Source: Antedon mediterranea
Taxonomy: Eukaryota > Animalia > Echinodermata
DNA length: 64,000 bases
Assembly (NCBI RefSeq): GCF_964355755.1
Contig: NC_092673.1
Span: 27,029,648-27,093,647 of the forward strand
Direction: 5' to 3'
Part shown: piece by piece, positions 61,129 through 64,000 of the stretch
Numbering within the stretch: position 1 is the stretch's first letter
How the letters are laid out: every line of letters begins with the position of its first letter
Notes under the pieces: generated by a model
Database searches by the model: none
What the model saw: only the letters and a program-made list of their open reading frames with translations
Told to the model about the DNA's origin: nothing
Translations under genes and position numbers: made by a program

Positions 61129-61304
61129 GATTAAAATCTGTACATTAAGATTAAAATCTGTACATTAAGATTAAAATCTGTACATTAAGATTAAAATCTG
61201 TACATTAAGATTAAAATCTGTACATTAAGATTAAAATCTGTACATTAAGATTAAAATCATTACATTAAGATTAAAATCTGTACATTAAGATTAAAATCAT
61301 TACA
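61125..61304. repeat. 20-bp tandem repeat, ~9 copies
   Basis: Unit ttaagattaaaatctgtaca directly abutting the transposon end. Confidence 0.95.
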
Positions 61305-62757
61305 ATGTAACCAACTAATGTGCAATGACAATCAAAAAAGCTGATTCTGCACATTAACACTTTGACTGCCAGAGGTTTTTCCAGTTCCCGTCAGGGTTTT
61401 TAGCTCAATTCGATGTTTTTATTAAAGCTGATTGAAACCATGTATGTGATCTGATTTATATGTAATTTAGACTAAAATAATCATAAAGATTTAGCTTTAC
61501 AATGGTACCAAGAACGATTTTTAAATCGCAATATGTAAATCGCAATATGTAAATCGTAATAGTAAAATGAAAGTAACCCACTTTTTGAGTTTTTCGTAGT
61601 TCCGCGCAAGAAAGTCGAGATATTCGCGATTTTGTGCAAGACATCACAATATGAAAATATCGCCCGGTGAGATCAACAAACAACAAAAAAGTTACTTACA
61701 CGGCACCGACAGGCCTATAAAAACAAGTTATCACTATCGAAAAATTTATTACATTTTATAAATCATAAATCTTACATCAATGTTTCGCCAAAATCCACAT
61801 AGTAAAGACACCAGACCTAGTTAACCAGGCCTAAAGTTGGTCCGGAACCGTTTTACGACTAGGCCTAGGCTAGCCTAGTACTACTAGCCTAGATAGTAAA
61901 CTGATGATAATATCCATACCATTTCAAAACAAGTTTGTTGCGTGAAACTCAGTCACTTTCAGTAAAACACCAAAACAATTAGGGTATACATACAATAATA
62001 AAATTAAAGACTTCATATTGAAAATGACTCCATTATTTTTTATTCAGATAACAAACAAACATGTCAATCCACAAAAACCTTTGTAATTCGACAGGTACCA
62101 TTTGGACAGTCGTTCGTAACCAGATTAGTTACTTTCAAATTGTAAAATATTGATGGTCCAGACCGAATATAAGTGTTCATATTTATAGTATATACCAATA
62201 ATTAACCTATCTACCGGATTTCGTAAAAAAACGCGAAAAACGAAGATCTTCGTGTTTGGCAGTCAAGCGTGGTGTTTCCAAAAACGAAGATCTTCGTGTT
62301 TGGCAGTCAAAGTGTTAAAAAAGGAATATTATGATGAATATCATTAATAGCTGTCTTTTTGTAAATTCAATCAAGGCAATCCAACAACAGGACACTTAGC
62401 TCACCTTGCCAAGATAGGAACTCTTAACAATACTTTGATCTTATGTCTGGCTACAACCAATACCAACAGTACTGTACTATGTACATATTCTTTGTAACGC
62501 GCGGTGTCTGTTAGATAAGGGGAGCATGGAACTGATCTTGTTGCAGCCACAGATAAACGCTTTGATCTTCGGAGCTCAGTATTCTGTTGTTTGATTGCCT
62601 TGATTCATTCCAAAACTCATTACCTTGTAGAATATCGTCAAAGCCATTTAGGAAAGAGAAACTATCTACAAACATTCTGCAGTATAAAACTCATTAATAT
62701 GACCTACATTCCTTATATAAAGGAAAATTGTCTTATTATATTACAATGTGTAAAGCT

Positions 62758-62930
62758 AGCTCTGTCTACACTATCAGATTTTATGTGACAAAAAAACTGA
62801 TGTGCTCATACAGTATATGGACATGATGATGTCATATCACTACCATATTTAGGCATATCACTACCATATTTGGCCACATCACAATTTTTTTGTCATTTTG
62901 TCAAACTGGTTTGATAGTGTAGACAGAGCT
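62758..62930. mobile_element. MITE copy (ctacactatcaaac family), full length
   Basis: agctctgtctacactatca...tttgatagtgtagacagagct. Confidence 0.85.
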
Positions 62931-63289
62931 CTAATCATTTCAACCTGGTGAATCACCTCCTCAAATCTTGGGTTAAATACATGTTAAGCATCACTTGTGA
63001 GGTTATCTCAGTCCAGCATGTCTACAAAGATCTCATAATGAGAGTATTACTATTACGTAGCACTTTGTTCATCAGCCATAAACAGTAAGTGCATGTTGCC
63101 CTACCGTACTTCGTTGCTTTTAAGAAATCAGATTGGGCGATGTAAAAGTATTTTCATTTAGAATGCAATTTGAATCGTTCCAAACACGCTGCGCAAGTTT
63201 AAACAAAATCTGATTGAGTGGTGTATAAAAAAATGTATTTGTCATGTGCAACTTTCAGTGATCAAATTGCTTACATGACAGTCAGAAAA

Positions 63290-64000
63290 ATTTATCGGTG
63301 CAATGGTACACATGAATGTTCGAATATTTATCAGTGTAATGGTATACATATGAATGTTTATCAGTGCAATGGTACATATTTGAATGTTTATCAGTGCAAT
63401 GGTACACATTTGAATGTTTATCAGTGCAATGGTACATATTTGAATGTTTATCAGTGCAATGTTACACATTTGAATGTTTATCGGTGCAATGGTACACATA
63501 TGAATGTTTATCGGTGCAATGGTACACATATGAATGTTTATCAGTGCAATGGTACACATATGAATGTTTATCGGTGCAATGGTATACATATGAACATTTA
63601 TCAGTGCAATGGTACACATTTGAATGTTTATCGGTGCAATGGTACACATATGAATGTTTATCGGTGCAATGGTATACATATGAATGTTTAACAGTGCAAT
63701 GGTATACATATGAATGTTTAACAGTGCAATGGTATACATATGAATGTTTAACAGTGCAATGGTACACATATGAATGTTTAACAGTGCAATGGTACACATA
63801 TGAATGTTTAACAGTGCAATGGTATTCATATGAATGTTTAACAGTGCAATGGTATACATATGAATGTTTAACAGTGCAATGGTATACATATGAATGTTTA
63901 ACAGTGCAATGGTATACATATGAATGTTTAACAGTGCAATGGTACACATATGAATGTTTAACAGTGCAATGGTACACATATGAATGTTTAACAGTGCAAT
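63290..64000. repeat. 30-bp tandem repeat, >23 copies, running off the window
   Basis: Unit tgaatgttta(t/a)c(a/g)gtgcaatggta(c/t)acata. Confidence 0.97.

Noticed and set aside
63218-63979. Repetitive ORFs on both strands
   Set aside because: They arise from a 30-bp tandem repeat that is open in several frames; no evidence of coding function.

Overview
AT-rich, intron-rich eukaryotic (animal) genomic DNA. The gene content and SINE types suggest an echinoderm or other invertebrate deuterostome; this is an inference. The window is dominated by one + strand gene of about 41 kb that the ORF track shatters into fragments. I reconstructed it by hand as 56 phase-consistent GT-AG coding exons from 7066 to 48016 (10,050 nt, about 3,349 aa). 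Its domain order is: signal peptide, reprolysin pro-domain with an RNRR furin site, M12B metalloprotease with an intact intron-split HEIAHLFGVRHD zinc motif, disintegrin-like module, 11 tandem TSP1 repeats, alternating TSP1/CUB units, a Thr-rich linker and a terminal CUB (about 23 TSP1 and 13 CUB in total). This matches the echinoderm egg bindin receptor EBR1 architecture. Downstream is a DDAH gene (4 exons, 50105-54161) whose final exon, which should carry the catalytic Cys, I could not find. Introns and flanks carry MITEs, tRNA-derived SINEs, LINE 3' fragments, a dispersed 60-bp satellite and several mini- and microsatellites. All coordinates and translations were read by eye.
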